Source of the DNA: Salisapilia sapeloensis CBS 127946
Taxonomy: Eukaryota > Protista > Oomycota
Length of the DNA stretch: 64,000 bases
Assembly (NCBI GenBank): GCA_023334545.1
Contig: JAADVB010000038.1
Span: 38,952 to 102,951, forward strand
Direction: 5' to 3'
In this document: positions 10,461 through 21,340 of the stretch, piece by piece
Position numbering within the stretch: position 1 is the first letter of the stretch
Layout: every line of letters begins with the position of its first letter
Position numbers and translations under genes: made by a program
Notes under the pieces: generated by a model
Seen by the model: the letters and a program-made list of their open reading frames with translations, nothing else
Told to the model about the DNA's origin: nothing
Database searches by the model: none

Positions 10461-11368
10461 ATTGGCTAGAATCGTATCGGAATGTCAGTTACCTACTTAT
10501 ATGTATCGTTTGGAAGGGCTCAAGTACCTCGTTGTGTTTGGAAACGCTCCGCTTTGGGAATGGAAAGTTGGGGTGCTCTTTTCTTGGTCAATTCAACATT
10601 CAGATTGTACTGACCCACAGCTCCTTTATCCTCTGATGGTTTTATACATAAGTACGTGTGTCTGAAGGATGTACATGGAGGTGCTTGGCATACCTTTTGA
10701 TACGACTGGTATGTGCGCAGACGGCGCGCCTATGACATTCATGGTGATCATTAGACTGACTAGAGCATTGCATCGAAATATGAAACTCCTCTACCTCCAA
10801 TCCAGCTCTGTCGCTTATGCCATTGCTTCTTCTCATCCACTGGATGGTATTCTGGTTTCATCACCGCATAGCTCTTAATCGTCCTACTCTCTCGTCCATA
10901 TACCGGTCCTGGCGATTTAGCTGTTCTGACTGAGTTAGCTATTTGATTTCCAATGGGAACCCTGCTATCGATGGAACATACCTGCTTCATCTGGGAAGCG
11001 ATCAGAGCAGCCAAACATACCTCTACTACAGTCTCAGTGAAATGAGGGATTCGTGAATCGAGAGCCCACAGCAAAGGTAGTAAGGAGATAAATATGGCTG
11101 AGCACCGATTGCTCTATCCGATTGGCTTACTGTTTTTAGCTTTATTCATGGAAACTCTGCGAAATTACTTAGTTGAAAATTCTTACTAAAGCTACTACAG
11201 TATATCTCTAGCATCTTCATCTTTAAAGCAGGAAGTAGACACTCTTGCTCGCCTTGCGCTACATATTGAACATATGACAATGACTTTTAAACAAGTGTAC
11301 AATATCGTTCCAAAATAGACTAAGGTAAAGTATTCTTGCACAAAAGACACAACACCAGACACCAAACC

Positions 11369-12336
11369 ATGCAAAGCTGCTCGAGGCGTTCGATGCGGGC
11401 TTTGCGGGCGGCTACTCACTCCCCACAGCAGTCCTTGCTCTTGCGATCACTTGCATCTTCTTCAAAGGCGAGTGGCGGATCGAAAGAACCTTCTAATGTG
11501 TTGGAAGGAGCAGAAACGAAGCCACAGGCGACTGTGAAAGCCGAGAACGAGGAAAAAGTGAAGAAACCACGCAAAGGTATGCGTGGATTTCTCGAGTCAC
11601 TGGACGAAATGGTCGAAGAGGCTGACCGGAAGGTCGAGAAGAAGTACCGACCGAACATGTTTGCCGAGTTTAAGCAGTTTAACGACACAAATGGCAAGGT
11701 ACAAGCTCATTTCGTTGGATCTGGCCTAGACATGTACTTATATTTCGTTTCATAGGTGGTTGAAGGACCATTTGATTTAACAGAGGTGTCGAACGCTCGG
11801 ACCGTGACGTCTTTACCAGTGACGAATCTAGAGGGCGATTCGACCGACATGGAAAAGCTCGTGGCGCGAGGCAAAGTCTCGCTTGTGCTTACGTCATTTA
11901 AGAACAACGGACTGAACGCGTTGCCTGCTTGGCGAGAGTCTTTCCTCCGCTCTTTTGCAGCCAACCCTCATGTTCAGGTCTTCACGCTGAGCATCATCGA
12001 GGAATGGTACATGCAGCTAGTCAAGCCTTCGATCCTGAATGGCCTGCGGAAGCGTATTCCGAAGGAGTTCCATGCACACTCGTACGCATACTTTGGACGT
12101 AAGGATAAGTTCCGTACGTCGATGGATATGTACAATAGTTTTGTTGGGTACGCGCACCTTGTCGATGGCAAAGGACGCATTCGATGGATGTACGTTTATT
12201 CATAGCTTTATTGGTTCATAGAAAGCTAATAACCGAATGTAGAGCTGGAGGTGAAGCGACGGAGAAGGAGTTGAAGCGAATGTACAATGCGACATCGCTG
12301 TTGTTGGAGCAGAACGCACAGAGCAGACGTAGATAA
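11369..12336 (+). CDS. ATP10: Mitochondrial ATPase complex assembly factor ATP10
   Basis: R/S-rich presequence MQSCSRRSMRALR, then FAEFKQFNDTNGK, GKVSLVLTSF, YNSFVGYAHLVDGKGRIRW, IAGGEATEKEL. Inferred introns near 11699-11754 and at 12190-12242. Confidence 0.85.
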
Positions 12337-12351
12337 GAATGGTCAAATAGA

Positions 12352-14348
12352 CTACATTTGTCTTGAATGGAACTTGTTTAAGATGTATCGGGGAGAGGAG
12401 TGACTGCAGCTGCTGTGTGTTGACTAGGCCGGTCTGTGTTTGTAGGTGAGTCGACCATACCTTTGCACATAGGACATGTCTACACAGTATGAACAGTACA
12501 TGGTTAGCACACGTCTAGTCTGCAATCCAAAGAACATGCTTGGACGTACTGGATTTCGCTGGAGCCACTCGTCAATGCAGTTTAAATGGAACGTGTGCTT
12601 GCATACGAGATTGCGGACATCGTCGTTCTCTTCGAACTCAACCTAATGGCACTTAGTTATTAGAAGTAAATCCTCGTAAGACGTATAATAGCGATCGAGG
12701 ACGCACCAGACAAATCGGACAGAGCTCCTCTTCCTCTTCCATTTTTTGCATATCGCTTGTACCATCACAAACTTGAACATGAATTTGACGCGGTGATCTG
12801 TACTTGGTTGCACCTAGTTGATTCAGCTTCTCTTTTGTCAGTCCACGCACGATTGACATCCCTCGCGCTTGAGCATGGTCAAGGTCTCGCCGATTACGAC
12901 GTCTCCACCGGATCAAGAAAGTTAGCAAGAGAAATCCCATCGCTGCGGCGGCACATAGAAATAGGAGAGCGAAAATTGCTGCACCAAGTGTCCACCACGT
13001 CGAGCCATGCGAGACGTCAGGCTCTTTTTGAAGGTAGGCGAGTGACATGTTGTACATCCATACATCACCGAGCTCTTTAAGGTAGCTGCCGCCGTATATC
13101 ACGAGTCCATCGTTGCGCCATAAACCTGCGCTGTGATCGTACCGCACGAGAGGGCTATGACCGTCGTTCATTAATACAGATCTGGAAAACTCTAAATGCA
13201 CTGCCTTGGAAGCGAAAAAGTCTAGCTTGACAGCAGAGACGTCACCATGGACATATGCACTACCTGACCTTCCCGTTGTGCTCGAGTACCCACCAAAGAA
13301 CCACATTGTGCTCGAGTAAGGTGGGAGAATGATCGAGGTATATGCTCGAGAAATAAAGACTGTTGTTGGCAATGCAGATATCCATTCATTCGACGTGAGC
13401 GAGTATAGCCACGCATCTTCTGCCATTTCCCATGACACCTTCCTCTCACCAAGCTTCCGTCCACCAAAAACGAACAAATATTGATTACCATGGGCATCCG
13501 ATATGATCTGGACCGAGTGTGCAGATCGGGCAGACGGATTTCTCCGACTTGACGGCATCATCTCGGACCATTCGCAAGTACTCAAGTTGTAAATCCAAAG
13601 ATCATTGTACTCGATCGGAGTTTCTCTTCCAAAACCATCGTAACTGATTCCTCCAAACATTAATAGTGTGTTTTCAAATATTACAATGCCGGCTTCCGAT
13701 CGTGGTGCAGGTACGAGCGGGCCGTCTTCGACAACGTCCTCAATCCATTGCAACGGAGAGCCATCATACACTTTTGAGTCAAGTGCTAGACGCCATACTT
13801 GGTTATGCTGTACCAATTGAGTGTGCTGCCAAGACCCCACCGCTTGCGTCGCTTCTCTATTTACGCTAATACCTCCAAAAATGACGATCTCCTGGACACT
13901 TTCGTTGGCATGCAAAGCCTGCAGTTGCAAGAGGAGTGCCATGGCATTTAGTCATCGAAAGTAATTACAAAAAATAGATAAGGATACAGAGGCATGATGA
14001 AAGCGTGAAGCAGGCTTCTCAGCACTTGGAATGCCTACTTCTGTCCATTTTAGCTCTTCCAGGTCGAAAAACCACGTATCATCGTACTCTAGGAGACTGC
14101 CAGTCGATGTGGAGGCTACGCCACCATGGATGAAAAAACCATTTTCTACCATGACCATTGCATGTGCAGCACGTTTGGGCGGCTCATCAAATGTGACACG
14201 ACTATGATATTCCCAAAGCTTTGTCCATTGTGCAGTTGCCAAGTGAAGACTGAACGCAATATAAGCTAGTATGCACACTGCAAGATACTGGTTAGTTTAA
14301 CGCTTCAAATTGAAGTGCTAGAGGATACGTACGGCGAAGATTGATCAT
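12352..14348 (-). CDS. Signal peptide + Kelch repeats + single TM + RING-H2 (E3 ubiquitin ligase)
   Basis: Spliced N-terminus MINLRLCILAYIAFSLHLATA. Kelch GG/W repeats: FFIHGG, IVIFGG, LLMFGG, LFVFGG, MWFFGG, LVIYGG. TM WWTLGAAIFALLFLCAAAAMGFLLLTFLI followed by RWRRRNRR. Spliced RING-H2: CPICL-VEFEENDDVRNLVCKHTFHLNCIDEWLQRNP-TCPMCK. Confidence 0.85.
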
Positions 14349-14801
14349 CTTGGTCACAGCAATCTACGTCTTCGGCTGATCTTTCACAATCGAGTAGTGA
14401 ATGTTGAACATGAGGCTACAAGACCGTTTTTACAGGCAATCCCTAGATCTATTTTTACATGGGCAAACGATCTTACGCTTGCATGATAAGAAGAATACAG
14501 ACAGCTACATTCGTGCCAAAATTAATTTGTTTGATATTAACATTCGGTGTTTCCATCACTCTGCTAGAAGGCACTCCTTTTCCGACAACTTGATCGCACG
14601 AAATTATGTGCAATAAGTATGATCAAGACATTAGGATGAGGATTCTTCGTCCTGGACCGATTGAATCGGATCGTGATGCCGTTGGGGATCCTCGGATGTA
14701 TCTTTCTTACCTTCTTCATTGGGCTTATTCACATTGAAGACTGACCTGTAGACATCCATATCGTCTTTACTTAACCCACACTGGAGCAGAATTGCTCGCC
14801 A

Positions 14802-17800
14802 CTATGTGGACACAAGCGTTAATGGTAAGACACGATAGAGATCAAGCTCAAAGATTACATTGAGCTCTATGCTTGCAATCGATTTCATTTCCATCTGACT
14901 AAAGACCGAGCATCGGTTCCAAGGTGGCTCCAAGCTCTATTTAACATGATTACAATCCACTCGCGATACATTTAAAGCTGAAGGCAATGGATACGTACCT
15001 CATCCGACGCTTCGTCTGAGTCCAGAACACCTAGAGGCACCTCCAGTTTCTCGCATATGGAGGTGATATGAAGATCCAAGAGGCTAGCAATGACTTCATT
15101 TGACAATGACAAGTTCACTTCTTTAGCTGAGATTCCGTCTAGAATAGTTTGGTCGACACAGCGCAATGCGAGGTGACCAATCAATCGGAGACATATTCGT
15201 CGAAGTTGGTTGATATCTAATAGAGTCAGGTGTAAGAAGGAGAGCAGGAAATACTAGATGACGTGGAGACTTACCAGTATAGCGATTGTGGTCGTGATGT
15301 AGAAAGAACTTTTGGAGGCTTTGAATCAATCGTCTTGCTCCACAGACAAAGTATATAATGTCAATTTTCCATTGCTGCAAGCGTGTTGTGGACACTTTCA
15401 GCGATACATATACGTTTTCCAGACATGAAAACACTTGGACAGAAGTAGATGCAATGAGTCTCATGGCCTTTGCTGCAAACGTCCAACTTGCACTGCTCTC
15501 ATGGAGACTTGGATGTACTTTTATAAGGACAAAATCAATCGTTCCTTGCAATCGATACAAGAGAAATTGGATGGCATAGGTACAACGGCCATTGGAAAGC
15601 CATGCTTGGTTCGCTGTCCAACACTGCTCTCGTATCGCTGGAAGTATATTCGAAGTGCATTCTCGGAAGATCTTCTGATGGAGCTTCGTCTCTAGCATCG
15701 AAACTAGTTTACTCAGCTCATCTTGTATTCGCATTGTCGCAAGCTTGGTCCAGGCGATGTGGAGGTCAGTAGATTGATTGGATGTTTTACTCGCACTTGC
15801 TTGTACTTGATGAATGTGTATTCGCTCGCAAAAGTTATGCCAGACGAACAAGAGGCGAGATATACTGGTATAGACTGCGAAGGCCGATTGTATACTTCTT
15901 ATGGACAAATTTGCGTGAGGTTTACCGAAAACATTGAGCTCGATAGTCGATTTGTCTACGAGAAGAGCAACATACTCATCGAGTACTTGAACGAAAGCAC
16001 TTGCGATCGTCTGATTTGGCGTGTCTAAACTTGATCCTAACAGCTCTACTTCCTCGAGGATATGGTGCGCAAGTTTGTCAAACGTCCACGGGGATAAACG
16101 TTCACTAGACGAAGCTCCACTATCAACTGTCCACTTTCCAAATGTTCCATCCTCTAGAAAATAACCTTCCTCTGGCATATCATTTTCTGAACCAGGATAG
16201 ACGTATGTACGTTCAGCTACATTCTTTTGACTTGGTGCACGGTAACTTGCGTTCAATTCTCGTATCGACTGAAACGCATATCGAGCGTTCGAGGTCGCTG
16301 ATCGGATCGAAAGAGATGAAAAGGAGCGCTGACGGGTATGACCTGTCTTTGGTTCTTTCAACTGCTTCGGCCTCGAGTAGATAGACGCTGTGTGGAGAGC
16401 TGAGCGAAGGTAACGCGCGTAGAGATGTCTGACTTTATCGAGAGGCTCGTCAAGCGACTTCCACAGAGCAATATTGGCTCGAAGAGTCAAGTTTCTATCC
16501 GGAAGAACGGAAGTCATTTCGTCGACATTGCTAGCTAAGATATGCAGCATGTCCTGAAGCTGCTTTCCTTGATACAACCGATAGTGTGGATTTGCAGGTG
16601 CTGGGTAGTAGCGTAGACTTCGAATGGAAACCCATCTATTAAGTCCAATCGATTGATAGTGATTCAATGATCGGTATGATCGTTCTAACCAAGGACATGG
16701 CACCAAGAAACACCTTTTATCTTCTACTTTGTCTACGAACACTTCAAGCCATCGAGTGTCTTTGCCTTTGAAGTTCACGAGCATCCTCTCGCCAACGTAG
16801 TTTCGAATTGATGGGGATATTCCATTGCGACCGAAGCGACGAAGGACATCGTTTAGATGATGAAACAGGATGGGCACGTAGATTTGTCCGTCGAGTGACT
16901 CTTGCCTCTTGTCTATATTATGGGCGGGGTCAGTGTGAGAGACACAAATGTCTGTATCCGTGCGTGAGACGACGTGCTTTTCCCACCAAACGCCGATGAT
17001 ATGCGGATCAGCCACGAGGAGATCGATGTCGGATGTTTCTTCATGCAAAATATGTTCTCCAGACTGCAGCACAAGAGACCGCATGGTCAACTGCTTGTCG
17101 AACTCGAAGGGTTGTAGAGGCAGACCTCCCATCGTGTCTGGAAATAGATCCATCTTGGACCGGAACTTGCGTCGTCGAAAGTAACACTGTGCGATCGGAT
17201 GATCAAGTAGGTCCTGATCGGATGCTTGTCCCAGTTGCTCTCGTTCTTCCCACCCTTTTGCAGTGGTTACCGTACTATCGATGATATTTGTCGCTGTTAC
17301 TGATATATGTTTGCTGTAGACATCGACGACGAGTGATTCGAACCGATCACCGACACTCGGCTGGTCTGATTGTGCCGTGTCTCCGAAGATGGTTGAGATG
17401 GATCCTTCCGACGTAAATACACAAAGGTTATCGATGTCTTGCTGAAGATGTTCTTTGATCGATTGTCCTTGCATCAGCAGCGTTTTCACGTTTGGCAGTT
17501 TCCACCGTGAGTACTCTGGCGATAGTGAGTCTAATTCTAGTGCACGATCGACCTGCACTTGTCTCGCATCCTTGTATGCTGTCCACTGATGGGAAACGGG
17601 CATGAATCGAACGTAGTACAAGACAGAAGACATTGCCAAGTGTCTCTGCTGAAGCTCATCGCGTATACTTTGAGCTAGCGTATCCCCGAGCTCTTGAAAA
17701 AGATTTTCGACTTGATTAATAACTCCTTCGCTTCGGACGGTGGTATCTGCTTCGGAGGTCAAAAGGTCTTTGATCGTAGGACCTTTTGCTAGGTCTCTTT

Positions 17801-18068
17801 GAAAGGGATCAGCGCGACCGATCTGACGCTGTAACTTGGGTTTGCCTCCCATATGCACCTTGGTGTGCTTCTCAACGACTTGAAATGCATCGCGAGTGTC
17901 TAGATAAAGTTTGGCTGCAGCACATAGTCGTTTCGATGTGTCTACTTCGATGCCTTGTGACACCAAATGCTGGATTTGGAGTAGCAATTTGAGTACGACT
18001 TGTGCGTCCTCCGTTATTGACTGGTGGTCTGGTGGAGACAAACTTGGGAGCTTCAGGTTGGCATCCAT
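14802..18068 (-). CDS. Large helical protein with a DUF4495/KIAA0825-like C-terminal region
   Basis: 981-aa ORF plus two further inferred exons (about 15185-14990 and 14936-14802). The segment CWTANQAWLSNGRCTYAIQF...YVSLKVSTTRLQQWKIDII resembles the KIAA0825 DUF4495 pattern as I recall it (W....FYEGERCSFSIQMW...Y....PS..R..Q.R.D). Confidence 0.5.
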
Positions 18069-18299
18069 CTCGTTTTGCTATCGTGCTATCGAAACTGCTC
18101 GAGATACGTTTCATTTGTCTACTCATACTCTAGTGCCTGATAAAAGTAGACCAAGTACCTAGCAAGTACTCCAGACTAGTTTTGTTCCTTGTTCGTAGGA
18201 AAGGATGCTGAATGCTAGTCAACAACTCCATTCGATCTGAATGACCAAGGTTTGCCAATAAGAATATCACATACTTTTAGCTATGGTAAAAGTACTTAT

Positions 18300-19790
18300 A
18301 AATAGTAAGTACCGTCAAAAGGGACAAGTATCCAAGGAGGATGCAAGTTGCCCACCTTACCATTCGAGCTGAACCTCCCTCCCTAATAGAACACCTCTCT
18401 TTCCTAAACATCTCTCTTTCTGAATATAAAATACCTATATGAACGTACATGAAGTAAACAAAAGGTGTTTCTAAAATAATCGAACCACCCATTTTTCAGA
18501 CAGCACGACTGACAGTCAAGGTCAGTTATTCTCGTTCTTCTCTAGCATGACAGATAGTGTAGAAGACGTAGACCTCGGGATGGATGCGATACCAGAAACC
18601 ACTCAGGGAGCCAATCCTGAGAACGAACGTAGCCTCGACGACGTTTATGAGCTGTCAAATGCGATTCGAGCCATCATTCGTGATGGCGACTTGGAAACAC
18701 TATCTCGACGTCGCGTGCGACTTCAATTGGAGGATCAGTTTCAGACCGACTTGTCTAGTTATAAAGAACTGATCAACACATATATCCTGCAGTTCATTCG
18801 AGAAGAACAGGAGGAAGAGGAGGAAGAGGCGTCAAAAGGGCTGTCCGCACCGAAGCGCAAACGGTCGGAAGAGACAGAGTCGGATGGGACGGAGAAGGAA
18901 AAGAGTAGCACAAATCCATTCCAGCGGGAGGTATCTATCTCTCCGGAGCTAGCACGTATCGTTGGATCGAATCGTTTGCCTCGAAACCTGGTCGTAAAGA
19001 CCTTGTGGGCCTACATCCATGCGCATGAGCTACAGGACCCGAAAGAGCGTAAGATGATCCTGTTGGACGATAAGCTCAAGGAAGTGTTCAAGCGTGACTC
19101 ATTTACGTGCTTTGACATGAACAAGTATCTGAAGCGACATATGCGCAAACCAGAGGACTTGCCGGTTGGCGGGTGGGACGAAATTCCTCGAGACGGTGCG
19201 TCTAGCGAGGAAGAAGAGGCACCAAAGAAGAAGAGAAAGTCTAAAAGAGACAAGCCTGTTCGAGGCGAACGGCCACCACCTCCGTCGAGAGATCTGTCCG
19301 TGTCGCCGGAGCTAGCGGAAGTGATCGGGGACAAGATGCCTCGGACGCAGGTCGTCAAGAAGATGTGGGATTACATTAAAGAAAAGGATCTGCAGGATCC
19401 CAAGGACGGAAGGCGCATTATCTTGGATGAAACCTTACGCAAGATCTTCCGGACGGATAGCATGACCATGTTCTCCATGAACAAGTATCTCAAGGGCCAT
19501 TTGAAGAAGCCGGAGGACTTGCCAGAGAGCGGATGGGATGGCCTCGAGCGTGTGCTCCCGGACGATGTTTGAGTCAATACAACGTTTAGTTCTTTACTAT
19601 ATACCTTCTCTACTCTAGTTTATCTTTATGTCCGTGGGCGCAACGTACGAAAGGAAAGCAACGAGTATGGCGCCATGATGCAGTTGGATCTGCAACAGTT
19701 GAATGGCATTGTGTGGAGAGAACGGAGTGTTTGTAGTTTTTAGCGAATGGAACTTGATGCGGATACTGGTACTAAAGACTCGATGCCATC
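18300..19790 (+). repeat. Tandem segmental duplication, copy 1 (promoter + SWIB gene + 3' flank), boundaries approximate
   Basis: Homologous to about 19880-21340 across upstream non-coding DNA, CDS and downstream flank. 19544-19719 matches 21113-21288 with one mismatch (offset 1569 bp). Confidence 0.9.
18547..19572 (+). CDS. DEK_C + 2x SWIB/MDM2 domain protein (UAF30/Spp27/Tri1-like), paralogue 1
   Basis: DEK_C: IRAIIRDGDLETLSRRRVRLQLEDQFQTDL. SWIB1: SPELARIVG..LPRNLVVKTLWAYIHAHELQDP. SWIB2: SPELAEVIG.KMPRTQVVKKMWDYIKEKDLQDPKDGRRIILDETL. Confidence 0.9.
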   Translation: MTDSVEDVDLGMDAIPETTQGANPENERSLDDVYELSNAIRAIIRDGDLETLSRRRVRLQLEDQFQTDLSSYKELINTYILQFIREEQEEEEEEASKGLSAPKRKRSEETESDGTEKEKSSTNPFQREVSISPELARIVGSNRLPRNLVVKTLWAYIHAHELQDPKERKMILLDDKLKEVFKRDSFTCFDMNKYLKRHMRKPEDLPVGGWDEIPRDGASSEEEEAPKKKRKSKRDKPVRGERPPPPSRDLSVSPELAEVIGDKMPRTQVVKKMWDYIKEKDLQDPKDGRRIILDETLRKIFRTDSMTMFSMNKYLKGHLKKPEDLPESGWDGLERVLPDDV

Positions 19791-19879
19791 CGAATGTCAA
19801 TTCTATGTGGCACTTTTATTCACGTTGCTACGTGTGATACTAGAATAATTTCTTGCATCCGTAAAATTACTTGTGAATA

Positions 19880-21340
19880 GCAAGTATTGTCAAAGAGGAC
19901 ATGCACAGAAGAAAGATGCAAGTCGCCCAAATTACCATTCAAGTTCAGCCTCGTTTTCTAATAAAACACCACTATCTTCTAATGAAACTATTTTGGTATA
20001 CAAAATAACCATGAAATAGTGCATTTATCAAAAAACGCTGTTAAAGTGGTAATCACGCCAACCAGTTTTTGGACAGCACGGTTGACGGTCGAGGTCAGCT
20101 CATCTCTCGTTCATCTCCGGCATGACAGAAAGCGTGGAGGACGTAGATGTCGGCATGGAGTCGATGCCAGATACCACTGAGGAAGCCAAAACTTCGAGCG
20201 AAAGTAGTCTCGAGTACGCTATTGAGCTGGTGAAGGCGCTTCGAGCCATCCTTCGCGAACACGACTTGGAAACGCTGTCTCGCCGTCGCGTGCGACTTCA
20301 ATTGGAGGATCAGTTTCAGACCGACTTATCTACTTATAAAGACTTCATCAACTCTTCTATCCTGCTGTTCATTCGGGAACAACAGGAGGTAGAGGAGAAG
20401 GAAGCGAAGCGTAAGCGGCCGAGGAAGCAATCGAATCCGAATCCGAATATCAGAAATCGTTTACACACTCCTTATGTGGAGGTGTGTGTATCTCCGGAGC
20501 TAGCACGAGTCATCGGATTGGATCGTTGTAAACGAATCGAGGCTTTGCGGAAATTATGGGCCTACATCCAAGAGCATCGGCTACAGAAAGCGAATTGCCG
20601 TCGGGTCATCCGGCTCGACGATACGCTCAAGAAAGTGTTCAAGCGTGACACTATGACGAACGCGACGATTCACAGATATCTGGCACGACATATGCGCAGA
20701 CCACAGGACATGCCAAAGGGTGGGTGGAAGAAAATCCGTCGAAGTGGTGCGTCGAGCGACGAAGAGGAGGAGGAGAAAAAGGTAGAGCCACCAAAGAGAA
20801 AGCGACGGAAGAAGATGAAGGAGAATGATAAACGCAGGCATGCAAAACTCAACGAGAAGAAGGTGTCTGTGTCGCCCGAGCTGGCAGAAGTGGTCGGGGA
20901 CAACATCCCTTATGCGCAGGTCGTCAAGAAGATGTGGGATTACATTAAAGAAAAGGATCTGCAGGATCCCAAGGATAGACGGCGCATTATCTTGGATGAA
21001 ACCTTGCGCAAGATCTTCAGAATCGAATCTGTGAATGCGTTCACCTTGAACAAGTACGTCTATAAGCATTTGAAGAAGCCGGAGGACTTACCGGAGAATG
21101 GGTGGGACGGCGTCGAGCGTGTGCTCCCGGACGATGTTTGAGTCAATACAACGTTTAGTTCTTTACTATATACCTTCTCTACTCTAGTTTATCTCTATGT
21201 CCGTGGGCGCAACGTACGAAAGGAAAGCAACGAGTATGGCGCCATGATGCAGTTGGATCTGCAACAGTTGAATGGCATTGTGTGGAGAACAAGAGACCCT
21301 CGGAGCGTTTTCAGAATTTTTGAGCGAATGGAAATGGACA
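19880..21340 (+). repeat. Tandem segmental duplication, copy 2, boundaries approximate
   Basis: See copy 1. Upstream blocks align, e.g. GATGCAAGTTGCCCACCTTACCATTC vs GATGCAAGTCGCCCAAATTACCATTC. Confidence 0.9.
20122..21141 (+). CDS. DEK_C + 2x SWIB/MDM2 domain protein (UAF30-like), paralogue 2 with diverged SWIB1
   Basis: Same architecture and the same C-terminus (ERVLPDDV*). SWIB1 is diverged (LQKANCRR in place of LQDPKERK). Confidence 0.9.
   Translation: MTESVEDVDVGMESMPDTTEEAKTSSESSLEYAIELVKALRAILREHDLETLSRRRVRLQLEDQFQTDLSTYKDFINSSILLFIREQQEVEEKEAKRKRPRKQSNPNPNIRNRLHTPYVEVCVSPELARVIGLDRCKRIEALRKLWAYIQEHRLQKANCRRVIRLDDTLKKVFKRDTMTNATIHRYLARHMRRPQDMPKGGWKKIRRSGASSDEEEEEKKVEPPKRKRRKKMKENDKRRHAKLNEKKVSVSPELAEVVGDNIPYAQVVKKMWDYIKEKDLQDPKDRRRIILDETLRKIFRIESVNAFTLNKYVYKHLKKPEDLPENGWDGVERVLPDDV

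Noticed and set aside
10470-11360. Roughly 900-bp region with several 60-100 aa ORFs between the STPG gene and ATP10
   Set aside because: No consistent frame, splice model or motif; treated as divergent-promoter intergenic DNA.
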